Shown here one piece after another: positions 62,460 through 64,000 of a stretch of DNA of 64,000 nucleotides. Position 1 is the first letter of the stretch, and each line of letters starts with the position of its first letter. The notes below the pieces were generated by a model. The model was not told the DNA's origin and searched no databases. It saw only the letters and a list, made by a program, of their open reading frames with translations. Source of the stretch: Acidobacteriota bacterium (GTDB taxonomy: Bacteria > Acidobacteriota > Vicinamibacteria > Vicinamibacterales > 2-12-FULL-66-21); NCBI GenBank assembly GCA_046732715.1, contig JBKPNQ010000046.1, positions 25,465-89,464 on the forward strand. The letters are read 5' to 3'. The translations under genes were made by a program, and so were the position numbers.

Positions 62460-64000
62460 ATGAGCGACACCCTGCGATCGTTTAGGCACTTCTCCGGTCC
62501 TGCGGCACTCCTCGCACTCTGCGCCTCGTTCGCGGCGACGGCCGAAGCGGGCTCACACCACGCGCGGCTCTCAAAGGATCTCGAGTCGCGGATCGAGGCG
62601 GCGCGCGCCGAGCCCACCACCGTCATCGTCTCCGGCACCGACGAGCAGGTCCGTGCGCTCGCGACACGCTACGGCGCGGTTCTGAAGAAGTCGATTCGCG
62701 GCGGTGCCGTCCTCGAGGTCACCGGTGGTCAGCTCGAGGCGATGAGCGACGACCCGTCGGTCGATCATCTCTCCGGCGATACCCGCGTGCAACGCATGGC
62801 CGTCACCAACGAGGCGACGGGCGCCACGCAGGTGTGGAGCGGGATCGCGGGCCTGAGCGGTTTCACCGGTCGCGGCATCGGCGTAGCGGTCATTGACTCC
62901 GGGGTCGCCACGCACGCCGCGCTGCGCGGACGCGTCGTCGCCGAATTCGACTTTACCGGCAAGAAGGCGTCGGTCGTCGACAAGTTCGGCCACGGCACGC
63001 ACGTCGCCGGCATCGTCGCCGGCAACGACACGGGCGAGTACGCAGGAATTGCACCGGGCGCGCATATCGTCAGCCTGCGGGTGCTCGGGCCGGACGGATC
63101 GGGGGACACGAGCGATGTGATCAACGCGATCGACTGGGCGATCGAGCACAAGTCGCAGTTCGCGTTGCGCATCCTCAATCTGTCGCTCGGCCATCCGGTG
63201 TTCGAGTCGTACCGCGACGATCCGCTGTGCCAGGCCGTCCAGCGCGCGGTCGATGCCGGGATGGTGGTGGTGGCGGCGGCGGGCAATCTTGGCAAGACCG
63301 ACGACGGCCGGCCGATCGTAGGGGGAGTGATTTCGCCGGGGAACAGCCCCGCGGCGCTGACCGTCGGCGCGCTGAACACGCTGGCGACCGTCACTCGGTC
63401 CGACGACGTCATGGCGACGTACAGTTCACGCGGACCCACGTCGATCGACGGCGTGTTGAAGCCTGATATCGCGGCGCCAGGCAACAAGATTGCGGGACCG
63501 GCGGCGCCGGACGCGTATCTGACGCAGACCTATCCGGAGCGGATCGTGTCGGGCCAGGGATCGCAGGCGTATATCGAGTTGAGCGGCACGAGCATGGCGG
63601 CCGCGGTCGTCTCTGGTGCCGCGGCGCTGCTGCTCGAGGCTAACCCGGCGCTGACGCCGGCCGACACCAAGCTGGTGCTGCAGCTGACGAGTTCACCAGT
63701 TTCGGGGGCAGGACTGATTGAGGCTGGGGCCGGAAGTGTAAATGTCGCCGCCGCCGTGGTGCTGGGAGCGAAGCCGACCGCTCTATCCGCATCACTAATC
63801 GACGGAATTTGGCCAGCACTCTCGCGAGTTGCCTTCATTCCGCGCGACCAAATGGGCGACCCAGATCGATTAAGTTCGCTGTCACTGGTCGCCGCGGTGG
63901 GAACGATTACCGTACTTCCCACAACGATTGTGTGGGGTGAAACGATTGTCTGGGGTGAAACGATTGTGTGGGGTGAAACAATCGTTTGGGGTGAAACAGT
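62460..64000 (+). CDS. secreted S8 (subtilisin-like) serine peptidase, C-terminal (E)TIVWG hexapeptide repeats; runs off right edge
   Basis: Not in the track because it has no stop. My translation from ATG 62460: MSDTLRSFRHFSGPAALLALCASFAATAEA... Triad: VAVIDSG, HGTHVAG, GTSMAAA. It ends ...TTIVWGETIVWGETIVWGETIVWGET at the window edge. Confidence 0.85.
   Translation, partial: MSDTLRSFRHFSGPAALLALCASFAATAEAGSHHARLSKDLESRIEAARAEPTTVIVSGTDEQVRALATRYGAVLKKSIRGGAVLEVTGGQLEAMSDDPSVDHLSGDTRVQRMAVTNEATGATQVWSGIAGLSGFTGRGIGVAVIDSGVATHAALRGRVVAEFDFTGKKASVVDKFGHGTHVAGIVAGNDTGEYAGIAPGAHIVSLRVLGPDGSGDTSDVINAIDWAIEHKSQFALRILNLSLGHPVFESYRDDPLCQAVQRAVDAGMVVVAAAGNLGKTDDGRPIVGGVISPGNSPAALTVGALNTLATVTRSDDVMATYSSRGPTSIDGVLKPDIAAPGNKIAGPAAPDAYLTQTYPERIVSGQGSQAYIELSGTSMAAAVVSGAAALLLEANPALTPADTKLVLQLTSSPVSGAGLIEAGAGSVNVAAAVVLGAKPTALSASLIDGIWPALSRVAFIPRDQMGDPDRLSSLSLVAAVGTITVLPTTIVWGETIVWGETIVWGETIVWGET

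Noticed and set aside
1-64000. tRNA, rRNA, tmRNA, RNase P, insertion sequences, prophage genes
   Set aside because: I inspected all gaps of about 100 nt or more (2754-2931, 5128-5319, 16794-17049, 25023-25218, 45046-45316, 49758-49914, 51570-51778, 53229-53385, 58054-58284, 62141-62459). I saw no T-loop or anticodon-arm patterns, no terminal inverted repeats with a transposase, and no phage-like genes. Small ncRNAs cannot be excluded without covariance-model searches.

Overview
About 64 kb of high-GC chromosome from a diderm bacterium (LpxC, a TamB/AsmA-like protein, OM barrels, lipoproteins). The PEGA protein, the many sigma-54 elements and the style of the intergenic repeats suggest a soil Acidobacteriota-like organism, but this is inference only. 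I call about 60 CDS. I recognised no rRNA, tRNA, CRISPR array, transposase or prophage. The housekeeping backbone has four parts. (1) An acyl-CoA carboxylase set (CT, BC, BCCP) with a transaldolase/FSA gene, followed by hslVU. (2) The dprA-topA-trmFO-xerC block. (3) rplU-rpmA-obg-nadD-rsfS, comF, tmk and lysA. (4) lpxC, uvrA, mtgA and a dapA-family gene. Accessory or less ordinary content: (a) 17.0-22.6 kb holds four paralogous Cys-free secreted subunits, a PapD-like chaperone and an 881-aa OM barrel carrying SdrD-B-like and SPOR domains. This looks like a non-canonical chaperone-usher-type fibre locus and is my best candidate for an undescribed system. A divergent HTH+REC regulator and a GAF-PAS kinase sit next to it. 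(b) 41.4-44.1 kb holds an ECF sigma, a STAS protein, an 89-aa protein and a radical-SAM-like enzyme with an N-terminal SPASM-like Cys domain and unusual Cys spacing. (c) Two S8 proteases with IVWG-type repeat tails flank an oppABC-like operon that has no ATPase genes. (d) Several sigma-54-type promoters lie near an NtrB/NtrC-like pair. (e) A family of 7-8-nt-phased low-complexity elements fills convergent intergenic gaps as hairpins, and in two places it has become coding sequence (an xerC insertion and the trmFO tail). All functional calls rest on motif recognition by eye. No database, HMM or structure search was run. Start codons are less certain than stops.
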